NCBI RefSeq assembly: GCF_009914755.1
Contig: NC_060934.1
Reading direction: 5' to 3' (one strand)
From: the human T2T-CHM13v2.0 reference genome, Homo sapiens
Length of the DNA: 64,000 bases
Below are positions 52,356 to 64,000 of the stretch, piece after piece. Under the pieces are notes generated by a model. It was not told the DNA's origin, ran no database searches, and saw nothing but the letters and a program-made list of their open reading frames with translations. The first letter of the stretch is position 1; every line of letters starts with the position of its first letter. The translations under genes and the position numbers were made by a program.

Positions 52356-54796
52356 GGGTCCTACCCCGCATTGCTGTTCAACAGCAAGGGCTCCCAAAAT
52401 GTGGCCCCCAGACCAGCAGCATCCACACGATGGGGGCACTTGTTGGAAATTCACATTCTTGTGTCTCACATACTGACCTGCAGACCTAGCAAATGAGGAG
52501 TTTTGAGGAGGCTCAGCCCTGTGCTTTAGCAAGCATTCCAGGACATTTGGCACAGCTCAAGTCCAGCAGTGCTTGTTGATCTAAGACAGCTTAAGACATC
52601 TTTTACAGATGGTGAGTCTGAAGCCCCAGAAGAGAATCATAATGCTTTGATTCAAAAACCACTCCACGACTTTTAGAAAAACCACACCTAGTCTGTGGGC
52701 ATGGGAATCTCAATGAGGCTTTTCACCAATGGTTTCAATTCAAATAAAACCGTCATAGAAAAAAAAAACAAACATCATGAGAGCCAGCATGCTTTTATTT
52801 TGAAAGTAATTAAAAACCAGCTCAATTAACCACCCAAAGTTATTGCTGGTTCATGACTCACTTGTGTTTGCTGCCCAGCACGCCTGCCCTCTGTGCCCAG
52901 GGAGTGTGTGTGCTCACTAGTAGGTGCTAAGAGCTCTTCTCTCCTAAGATGACTGGAAGGATTGCACCCGCTGCTGTCTCCATCCGCCTGAACCACACAT
53001 CCAAAACCATTCCCCACTTTCAGCCCCTTCCCAGAGACTACAACCACCGTGACTGAACACACCACAAGGCCCTGAGTCAAGTACTTCCAGAATCCCGGTT
53101 TTCTGCCTGGAGGGCGGTGTGTGTTTCAGCAACAGAATCCAACTGAGCAGGAATTTAGGCAGTGCTCAGGGTGTGTGGGGCCCTGAGCTGAGAGATAAAG
53201 GTGGGAGAGATGCTTTCTTTTTCCAGCAACTCTAAGAGAAAGTCACGGCTTTGCTATCCCTGGCCTTGATAAGCCACGGACAGAGCCCTTCCAGCAGAGG
53301 GAACCAGGAAAAGTTGGTGGGAGGGAGGAGACACTTGACATGGCCTTGTCAGATGGGGTTGGGTTTAGATAAAGGTGAACAGAGTGGAGAGGGATGGTGG
53401 CATAGCCCAAGCCACAGTCAAAGGGACAGGCAGAAATGTCTTAAGATAAAGTATGAAAGCAGAAAAACCCAGCCTATTTGGAGAATAGCAAGTAGAATAT
53501 TGGGTGAAGCATAGAATATGGTTAAAAATTATGTCTAATTCCAATCTGTTGCCCAATACCGCTTGGCTTATCTCTACAAAAGTAGCAGACAAGCACCATC
53601 ATGTATTGCCTCATGAATCGATCCACCCAAGAAATGTGCAAATGGCAAATGCCCAGAGGCCTTCAGTCTGTTTAATAATTACACTTACTCTCCTACCTAC
53701 ATCATTAGTGTCAGAGGCAGGGAAGGGGCACTCAAATTCTTACTTCTTGGATTTTTAAATGCCTTCTCTTATTTGTAGTCTTATGGAAGTCAAGGTTTAT
53801 TCTGAATTTTCACCATCCTTTTAAAAATACTCTCTGTTAATATTTTAAAACAGATGTTTCTCAGAGAGAATCACTTTTCAGCTTTAAATTCAGCTAATCA
53901 TCTTGGTGTGATTTGGCGCTATTGACTACACAGTTTCTCTGGGAAGTCTTCCTGTCTTCAACTTCTGGTCTCCTGTCTTTTTCCTCTTGGCTAGTGTGTC
54001 TTACTTTCTTTTGGGGGTTTCCTCCTTGACATTTCTCTGTCCTGCCTTTGTGCCCTCTTCCCAAACCTGAGGGACCAATCCAGCCGAGGAGAGGCCAGAT
54101 CCCCTCCGTGAGCACCGCCTCAGAGGCCGGCTGCCTCCAAGTTGCCTCAAACAGCTTTTGCAAAAGGAAACCAAGCCCCCTCATGGTTCTCTGTCCTTTC
54201 TTCCTCCTGTGTCATCGCCTTGGCCAGTGGTTGAGCAAAAACCAAACGCCTGACTTCATCTGGGGCAACATCCTCCCCACCCTCCTGTTGCCCTCATCAG
54301 AAACAGAGGCGCCCACTCTGCACCCTCCCCCTCACCTCCAACATCCAACTGAAAGCCAAGGCTGGTTTGCTCCTGAGACAAAGGCTCTGCTCCATTGCGT
54401 CAGTTCACCTCCCTGCCCTGCTGGTGTCAGCAAGGTAACAATCAAGCTGGTGACCCCACCAGCCTCATCTCCCAGCCGGTCCTGCCAAACCTTCTTGACA
54501 TTGCCAGTTTGTGACCGTGAAGGCCACATGGTCCTCCAAATCGTTTCTCCCCAAGAAAAGGTGCAAAATTGAAGCACAGATGTAGGGGGACCCTGGGAGT
54601 TCAAGGAGCCCAGGTTAGAAATCCTTAAACCCAGCCTGCTTCCCACAGGGGCTGGCTTGATGACCGTGAGTGCTGCCTTCACCTTTTCCCCACTGAGCTA
54701 ACTCCTAACTCCTCACCCGTGACACGGCTCAAGATCGCTTCTCTTAGAAGGAAGTCCCGATCCGCTGCTACCCCACATGGCCCCCAAGCTGGATTG

Positions 54797-55260
54797 GTGC
54801 CTGCGTTCGTTCCCAGCGCTGCCGTGAAAAGTGACTACAAAGGGAGCAGCTGGATACAACAGGGATTTACTCCTTCCCAGTTCTGGAGGCCAGAAATCCA
54901 GGTGTCAGGACCGTGCTCCCTCTGAAGGCCCTAGGGGAGGACCCTTCCTTGCCCTTCTCAGTGTCCCGTGGTGTCTGGCATCCTCTGTGTCCCTCGGCTT
55001 GGGACAGCCCCTCTCTAATCTCTGCCTCCACCTGCACATGGCCATCTTCCCTGAATGTGCCTCCAAAACTCTCTCCTTTATAAAGACACCAGTCATTGGA
55101 CATAAGCCCCACCTTACTCCAGTGTGACCTCATCTTAAATCCATGACATCTGCAAAGGTCCTTATCCAAATGGCCCTTATCCCAATAAGGTCACATTCAC
55201 AGGGATCAGGGGTTAGGCCTGGAACGTATCTTTTTCAGAACACTATTCAGCCAGCCCACA
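54797..55260 (-). mobile_element. MaLR solo LTR (MLT1C-like)
   Basis: CAGTTCTGGAGGCCAGAAATCC..GTGCTCCCTCTGAAGGCCCTAGGGGAGGACCCTTCCTTGCC..ATAAGGTCACATTCACAGG. Confidence 0.82.
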
Positions 55261-55490
55261 CCAGCGCCCCCAACAGGCGCTACCGTGCATCCTTTTCATG
55301 CTGTTGTGTAATGATCTGTTCCTGAGTGTCTCCCCAAGTTGGCCCAGGTCTTTAGAGATACCTGGTTCATCTCCTTTCCCCTGGGGCCTCACACAGTACT
55401 GGGCCCAGAAGATACTCAGTGTGGACAGAATGAACAGATTACTTTATATTTTAATAAGGGTTATATCTGTGGAAAAAAATTAGAACATAC

Positions 55491-55512
55491 CTTCTCCAGA
55501 CAGTTTGAGCAT
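55491..55512 (-). CDS. C10orf90: C10orf90/FATS first coding exon of the shorter isoform (MLKLSGE + G)
   Basis: Minus strand reads ATG CTC AAA CTG TCT GGA GAA G|GTATGT. The phase-1 donor joins in frame to the exon at 48043-48134. Matches the C10orf90 N-terminus MLKLSGEGLRDS as I recall it. Confidence 0.88.
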
Positions 55513-55629
55513 ATTCTACTGAGGTTTCAAAGCCATTTTACTCAGTTTCAAAGGTCTTTTAATGACAAGGATGTATTTGGCTACATGAAAGAAAAAAATG
55601 TCCGGAGTTTACCTCTGTGGCTAGGCTCA

Positions 55630-55810
55630 GAATGAGTCAGGCTTCCACCTTCCAGCCTCGGCCAAAGAACCTCAAAGCTCTATATGTAATGAAGTCACCG
55701 GAATGTTTACAGGGCAACCAGGGGAGGTGGCATACAAGCCCACCTTGTGACATTTCTTGTTAGCAGCAATCGTCTCTTTGATGTTTACATTTGAGGCTTC
55801 TTTGATGAGT
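55630..55810 (-). promoter_or_regulatory. Candidate proximal promoter of the MLKLS-start isoform (AP-1 site and two TCF/LEF-type motifs)
   Basis: TGAGTCA at 55633-55639; CTTTGATG at 55776-55783 and 55800-55807. Non-repetitive sequence directly upstream of the ATG exon. Motif matches only. Confidence 0.3.
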
Positions 55811-56072
55811 AAAGCAAGTTTGCATGAGAGTTATTTAAAAGTTTTCTTAGTATTAAAATACATCCAGATAACGTCACACTGGTGATTAATCTACTTGTTA
55901 CCAATTTTTTTACAAATGGTTTATGTAGAAAATTGAGCAATATAACAGTTTACCATGCAAGCTCTTATAAGACTGATTGGTTTTCAATTTAGTGAAATAT
56001 CTTTGACACTAAATTATAATGAGCATTGTTTTATAATTTATACCCAACCAAATTTGAGGTAGCTTATAGTTA

Positions 56073-56576
<504 letters not shown>

Positions 56577-57764
56577 TTATTGCCTTTCCAATGAAATACA
56601 CAATTTTATAAGGAGAGCCATTTTATCTCCTGGGATAAAGCCTCAGTCATTACATAAATGCATAGTGGCTTTGTAAGCAGTTTCACAAACACAAGACAAA
56701 TGTAAATTTCACTGGATAATCTCAAGCCCCTTGCGTCTGGTCAGTGTCTCCGTCATGTCATAATGGCTAAAACGCATTGCACGTTTATCATGAGCCACAC
56801 ACCTGCTAAACGCTGGACAGGTGTTATCTCCTTTAATGGAAGAAATGACCTTGTGGAGAGGGCACTATGACTACTCATTTTACAGATGAGGAAGTTGAGC
56901 TCCATTTAAGTCTCTTACCAGGTGTCACCCCTCCAGTAAGACTAAAGCTGCGAGTTTGCAATATGAATAATCACTGTACATGATTAGGAGAAGGTAAAAG
57001 TAGAACAGCTTGAGTTTTGACGCCTGGTCCAGGTTGACTCTTGGTGCCACCACATTTTAATGCTGTCTAGCCTTGGATGAGCCACGTAACCTCCTGGCCT
57101 CTGTTTGTTCCTCTGTAAGAGAGAGGCTGGCATAGGCTTTGTTGGGCTGGGAATTATTAAATGAGGCAAATAAAGGTTTTCATGGGCTCAGCACAGTGCT
57201 GTCATGGAACGCTCCCTCAAAAAACAGTGTGTTATTAGATACAGTTTTACACATAGTTTCCATCTCTCTCAGAAAATTATGGTTTATAATAAAGACATTT
57301 TTAAAGCCTATTCTACTGAATTTTGTGGTCACTTGGGCTCTAGCTGAATCTGAGACCCCTGGAGTGTGAAGCACAGTCTTCTGGCCCTTGGCAGCCAGGG
57401 TGGGTTGTTCCAGCTTTGCTTTCCCTGTGGCTGGAGTGTGGGTCTCTCCTGGTGACAGAGCAGGGGCACCAGACTCAAGGATGATGACAACAGCCAAATA
57501 CAATAATGCACATGAAAGCACCCCGCTCATGGGTACCGCACTGATGTGATCATGCCACTATCTCAGTGCAGCAAACATTTATGGAGAAGATAGCACGTTT
57601 GAGGGCCTGAGTTGGGTGCTGAGACAGCAAAGATGCAGAGAACACAAGGAATCCCTGTCTTGGAAGAACTCACAGTCTAATGAGGAGATGACACACATAA
57701 AGAGATATTTTTCCATGCATTGCGGATCTGACCATTTTCTTTTCTCTCATGAGTTGTCTCATTT

Positions 57765-58270
57765 TTTGAAACCTGTGATAAAATACACATAAAATGTACC
57801 ATGTTCATCATTTCTAAGTGTGCAGCGGTATTAAATACTTTCCTAACATGCAAGCATTACCATCATCCATCTCTAGAACTCTTTAACCTGCAAAACAGAA
57901 ACTCTCTCCCCATTAAACACTAACTCCCCCTTCCCACCTTCCCCCAGCCCCTAACAACCACCATTCTACTGTCAGTTCCTACAAATTTGCCTACTCTAGG
58001 AAACTTATACAAATGGAATCATACAGTATTTGCCTTTGTGTGGCTTATTTCACTTAGCATGTCTTCAGGGTTCATCCGTGTTGTAGCATGTGTCAGAATT
58101 TCCTTCCTTTTTAAGGATAAATGATATGCTATTGAATGTATATACTACAATATCCATATCCATACATCCATCAGTGGACACTAGTCACCGCTTAGCTATT
58201 ACAAATAATGCTGCAATGAACATGGTTGTACAAACATGTATCCAAGTCTCTGATTTCAATTCCTTCTTAA
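57765..58270 (-). mobile_element. L1MB 3' end
   Basis: CCCATTAAACACTAACTCCCC..CAACCACCATTCTACT..ATGGAATCATACAGTATTTG..TCCATCAGTGGACAC. Confidence 0.8.
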
Positions 58271-60220
58271 GAATTGTCTTTTGCCTTTCATGCTATGGTT
58301 CTTGATCTTATTATATAATATTTTCTTAGCACAAACTAGTTCTTGTTTTGAGAGGTGGGTGGGGGTGGCAAGGAGATAGATCTCTGGATAGATAATTTTG
58401 GTAGTAATCTTAAAACCATCTTTAAAAACATTCCTTCCTCCCTTCATGACCACATGTTCAGAGGGAGGAGGATATAAGAATGAGGGTCTTGTTTTCAGAC
58501 CATGATGGATATAAGCAGTTAGACACAGGTAGTCTCTGTTGTGCAACCCAAACACCTTCAATGTGGACATCAATATGCCAGGAAGAGGAGGCACTCTCCT
58601 CTCAGAAAGATTTCAGAGCTGGGAGGCAGCCCAGGTCAGGGAGAACTGAGGCCTGGGTAGCGGGGACAGGAATCCTGCTGGGAAGACTAAGAAATTAGGA
58701 GCCTCACCTAAGCAGAGAGTCAGGGCTTAGGCAGCAAGAAGGTGCACTGGGAGAAGCTGAAAGATGAAAAGTTTGTCCCCATTTTGGGAGCCTTAGTAGG
58801 ACACAGCATGATATGCTGGGAGGGGTCCAGACGGCAAGGACACTAGGCTCCAGATCCCACCTGGCCACTCAGCCATGTCAGCTCCTCCTCTGGGCTCATC
58901 TTCCTCATCCGCAAGGCAAGGAGTGCACGCACCTGTATGGCCCCTAGGGTGCCATCTAGCTCTGCCATGAGGGCTTGTCCTACAAGAGCTGGGGGCCATC
59001 GAGGGAGGGCATGTGTGAGAGGGAGGCAGTCTCCACTTTAGCTTGCTTCTCCCATTAAGTGGAAAACGCCATTATTTCCATCACTATGTACTCCCTCCTT
59101 TGTCAAGCTCACTGAACAAGCATCATTATTACATAGTATTGAAAGTCATAGTGTGGTTTGATTTCAGAGGGGACCATTTCTGCCCTTGCAGGTGGGTGGC
59201 AGAAAATTGGGATGCTTCTGTGGACAAGAGTGGCCAGAAAGAGATGCCACCCTCAACTGCCACCCCAGCTTCCCCCTAAGGGAGATCCATGCTGCAACAG
59301 GGTCCCAATTACCAGACCCGTTAGTCAGGCAACTTTCTGTAGGATGAGCACGGATGAATTATTTGCTTTTAGTTCAGGACTGGTGAACAAGCAACCCACC
59401 AGGAAGAAAAATGGGACGTCCTTGAAACTTCCTGCAGAAGAGGATCTGGAGGCGCATTCGGCCCACTGCAAAGCCACACACGTCGGTGAGACCAAAGAAT
59501 TTGTCACCTCAGATTCTTTCGTTAACAGACAGATTCATTATGTAAACAAGACACAAAAATATTTTCATAAGATGTCAGAATGGATTTCCTCTCCTTCCCC
59601 AGCAACAATGTGATTCTTGTTTGTGGGACTGTGGGGCTTCTTGTCTCTCATCTGTTCAGCTGAATTGGCCGGAGCAGAATGTCTAGAGCCCAGAGCCGGA
59701 GCCTGCAGAGATGATTACAGGCTCCGCCGTGAGCTGGACAAATGAGGTTGGGGCAGCATGTGAAAGCCCAAGTTGTAAATCTCTCATTATAAGAGCCATT
59801 AGCCACACGCTGCACATCGGGGGTCTGGAGAGACACTGAAACTGGACATGGTCCGAGAGCCTAGCATCAAAGGAAAAACCCAGGCTCAAGATGTTCACAC
59901 CACTGCCATTATCCTGTGTCCCCACTTAGAAACTCAAAGTGGCCTCTCTACAGAACTCTCCAACGGCTTATCAGCAAAGCCAGACAATTAGAACAAGGTT
60001 GTTCTTCTCCCTGGTGTGGGTTTGGTTTTGAGTTCTTTGGCTTTTTGTTTTTGCTGTTGTTGTTGTTTAATGGAGCAAGGAGCCCTGCACTGCCTGTCTT
60101 CTGCTATTCCCTGCTGTATAGCAGACCTTCAATTTAGGCAAGAACAGGGAAACCGTCCTCTTAAATGGGTAGGCACATAAGAATCCAAAGCCGCCTAAAT
60201 AGCTTGTCCACACCTGCCAC

Positions 60221-60221
<1 letters not shown>

Positions 60222-60266
<45 letters not shown>
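60222..60266. repeat. (CA)n microsatellite, about 22 units
   Basis: Seen directly. Confidence 0.95.
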
Positions 60267-60270
<4 letters not shown>

Positions 60271-60413
60271 AAGCAGAGGCAAAGAGGGGCAGGGCTCTCC
60301 AGAGAGGCCCCAGCTAGGAAGTCACAAAGTCAGGCTCCCTCAGTCAAGTCTAAGAGAGGTCCCCATGTCTCTGACTTTTAGTTACATTCTCTTCTAAACA
60401 CAGCCCTTCCTGA

Positions 60414-60747
<334 letters not shown>

Positions 60748-60754
60748 AACTAAT

Positions 60755-61615
60755 TTTTTTAATAACAGCTTTATTGAGATATAATTTACAAGCCATACAG
60801 TTTACCCTTTTAAAGTGCACAATTCCGTGGTTTTTGTATATTCACCAAGTTATGCAACCATCACCAAATTCCAGAACATTTTCATCATCCCCAAAAGAAG
60901 TCCCATACCTGTTAGTAGCACTCCACATGATCCCTTGACCTCAGCCCCTGGCAACCACTCAACAACTGTCTCTCTCTGGAGTTATCCATTCTGGACATAT
61001 CCTATAAATTGAATCATATAATATGTGGGCTTTTGTTTCTGGCTTCTTCTGCTTATCATAATGCTTTCAAAGTTCATCTATGCTGTAACACGTATCAGGA
61101 CATCCTTGCTTCTTAAGGCTGAATAATATTCCAGGGCATAGGTAGACCACCTATGTTGCATCTCTTCAACAGCTGATGGACACTTGAGTTGTTCCCCCTG
61201 TGGGTTTATAATACTACTACTGTGAAAATTCATGCACAAGTTTTTGAGTGATATATGTGTTCTATTCTTATACATAACCTAGGAGTGGAATTGCCGTGTC
61301 GTATGATCACACCACATTTAAATTTGAGGAATTGCCAGACTGTTTCCCAAAGTGTACCATTTTGCATTCCCACCAGCGATGTATGAGGGTTTCATTTTTC
61401 GCCAGCCTTCCTCACAGTTGTTATTGTCGTCTTTTGGATTATAGCCATTCCAGCGGGTGTGAAGTGGTATCTCATTGTGGTTTTGATTTGCATTTCCCTA
61501 ATGGCTAATGATGTGGAGCATCTTTTCATGTGCTTATTGGCCATTTGCATTTCTTCTTTGGAAAAATGTCTATCCAGATCCTTTGCTCATTTTATAACTG
61601 GGCTGTTTGTCTTTT
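60755..61615 (-). mobile_element. L1MB 3' region
   Basis: CAGCTTTATTGAGATATAATTTACA...CATTCCCACCAGCGATGTATGAGGGTT..GTGGTATCTCATTGTGGTTTTGATTTGCATTTCCC. Confidence 0.85.
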
Positions 61616-61789
61616 CTTAGGATTTCTGGGGAAAAGGTGCTTAATGACGCCTCCCTACCCCTGCCAATGAGTGAAAGAAGCAGTGACGATTCTCAGACTC
61701 CGTAAGGCAGCATCTCGTATCTCTGCACCTTCAATGGCAGAGCATTTCTGTCATTTCTGACAAGGGGGCTGAGAGAATGTTCTTTGGTG

Positions 61790-62130
61790 TCCCACAGACA
61801 TGGGTTTGCATCTAGCTTGGTCACTTATAAAATCTGTGACTTAGACAAGTCACCTAACTTCTCTAGGCCTCAGCTTCCCCATCTGCGAAACAGGGATTGT
61901 GATGTCTATTTCATCAGATTATTATGAGAGCTAAGAAAGAAGACACATAGAAAGCCCTTAGCACGCTGCCTGGCATGTAGGAAGCACCTAATACAATTTA
62001 TTTTTTATTTATCCGGCAAATATTTAGATAGCATTGACCATGGGCCAGGCATTGGTCCAGGTATCAAAGTCACGGCATGAGCAAAACAGCCAGAAAAGTC
62101 TCTGCCCTTGTGGAGCTTATGTGCAGTTAA
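61790..62130. mobile_element. MIR followed by an L2 fragment
   Basis: TGTGACTTAGACAAGTCACCTAACTTCTCTAGGCCTCAGCTTCCCCATCTG; then CAAATATTT..GCCAGGCATTG..TCTGCCCTTGTGGAGCTTA. Confidence 0.65.
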
Positions 62131-63099
62131 CTTTCTTTAAAAAGTTAATGATGCTAGTTACTATTATAATTTAACATTTTTACCCTTGATTGCAAAATAA
62201 GTACGAGCTCATCAGAAACCAGAAACCAGGAAGACAAGATAAAGGAAGTTTCACTAATGAACTTGAACTTTAGAGTGAGACAAAGCATTAGCTTCACTAA
62301 TTACAGCTCTCCTGCCAGGTCCCAGTATGGCCTTTCCTTTGTCTCTGCTATGTAGAGAGAGACGGGGAAGGAGAGGTGCCTGAGAAGCCATAGGCCGCGG
62401 GTCAACCAGGCCTCAGGAACAGGAAAAAGAAGGAGCGAACACCAGATTTAGCATTTCCAGATATCTAGACAAAGAGAGAGATAATACTTACCAATAAATA
62501 CACTTACTAATCTTGGGGAGTTTTAGAAGCATCAAAATAATTATTTAAGTATAAAAAAAAGGAGAAGCGTGTGTGGGAAGAAAGAGCAAGGAATGAACCT
62601 CTTGATGCTTGAAAAACAGGTCCAACAGGGCTGAGTGGGGCTGAACATGAGACTGATTTACAGGAAAACTGCTAGCCTAGGCTAAAGAATGCTTCTGAAG
62701 CGTGGTGGCGAAACTCATTTGAGTAAATGAAGTTCTGAGATCATGAGAAACACGGTTCTATTTAGAGGTCAGCAATTCTGCAGTGGCAATACCCAGCTGG
62801 ACCGTGATCAAGGCCAGCTCCACCACGGCCCAGCACTGGGAGCCAAGCGAGTCACTTACCTCCTCTTGGTTTCCTCATCTGCGAAATGGGCTCAATAACC
62901 CTGACCCCATCTGGACCTGAGGCTGGACTCTCAGGTCCTTCTTAGAGGACATTCCCACAGCCTGCAATGCTGCTTCTCAGCTCACTGTGGAGTTCTCTGT
63001 GCACCAGACAACAGCAGCCCCTTTGTATGTGTGAGCGGGAGAGGATAAGTCAAACCTAGGTAGGCAGCAGTTATCAACAAGACTGCCATTTGGAGAAAG

Positions 63100-64000
63100 G
63101 TAGATCTACAAAGGCAGACGAAGCCAGGGATCTGCCCTATCAGATATCAAAACTTATTATAAAGGTGAGAAGAAAGGTAGGTCATTGCTACAGAAATAAA
63201 CAAAAACAGGCTAGTGGAAAAGAATAAGGAACCCAAAAAGAGACCCTCACATATATGGAAATGTGAAAAATAATGAGGTGAGACTATCTGTCAGTGGATA
63301 TACACAATAAACACAACATTTTACAAACTACAATAAATTACGCTGGGACAATTAGCTACCATTATTTTAAAAACCAAAATTAGACACCTTTTCCTTACCA
63401 TACCTACAAATCAACTCCAGATAATCTAAAACCTTAAACGCAAAAGGTAAAACTTTAAAACATTCTTTAAAGATAAAATAGTTAATATTTTCATGATCCT
63501 GAATAGGAAAGGATGTCTTTAGAATATTCCCAAAGACAAACACCATTAAATAAAAGTTTGATAATTTCAATCATTTTTACTGTAATAATTTCTGATCATC
63601 AAAAGATTCCATAAAGAGAGGAGGCAAGCCACAATTTAGAAAAAGATGTTTGTAACCCATATAACAGACAAAGGGTTATTATGGTTATTTAAAACTAATT
63701 TTAAAACCCCCCGTAAATTAATTTGAGAAAGAACAGCAACTCAATGGAAAAATAAGCAAAGACAAAATAGGCATTTCTCAATAGAATCATATTTTTCCCT
63801 AAGCAACTGAAAAGATATTCAACCTCATTAGTAAAGAGAGAAAGGCAAAATAAAATGACAATAAGAGACCATTCCGCATCTACCCAGATTGGCAAAAAAT
63901 CAGTGATATTAAATATTGGTGAGGACATCAGACAACAGGAGTTCCCATGTGTGATCAGCAAGCAGCAACTAATACGATCACTATGGAGAGTAACCTGGTC
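63100..64000 (+). mobile_element. Old L1 (L1ME-like) ORF2 3' fragment, runs off the window
   Basis: CCCTATCAGATATCAAAACTTATTATAAAG..AAATCAACTCCAGATAATCTAAAACCTTAAA..AAAAGATATTCAACCTCATTAGT..CAGATTGGCAAAAAAT. Confidence 0.75.

Noticed and set aside
54048-54572. 174-aa plus-strand ORF (also 59158-59613, 151 aa)
   Set aside because: Non-ATG start, no recognisable homology, antisense to C10orf90, and no supporting exon structure.

Overview
Primate (most likely human) genomic DNA, almost entirely intronic and rich in Alu, L1, L2, MIR, MaLR/ERV LTR and hAT/Tigger DNA-transposon remnants. The only protein-coding gene I can support is C10orf90 (FATS) on the minus strand. Three coding exons with canonical GT-AG sites and matching phases (55491-55512, 48043-48134, 38166-39294) splice to MLKLSGE-G-LRDSYH...DFTK-ETLASQ...WSYRA (414 codons + 1 nt). 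The gene name comes from my recollection of the protein, not a database search. I found no downstream coding exon in 1-38165, so the C-terminal exons probably lie left of the window. I see no prokaryote-type system and cannot claim a wholly new biological system. The most interesting signals are: (i) the first coding exon also looks like a 90-nt frame-symmetric cassette exon with a single in-frame TAG, or a strong-context uORF; (ii) a possible intronic-polyadenylation isoform after the large exon; (iii) two atypical Alu insertions with intact target-site duplications, one tailless and one left-arm-only; (iv) a series of short templated inverted, dispersed and tandem duplications plus an AT-rich hairpin-prone tract, in a gene reported to lie in common fragile site FRA10F. 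Repeat subfamily calls and boundaries are by eye and approximate.
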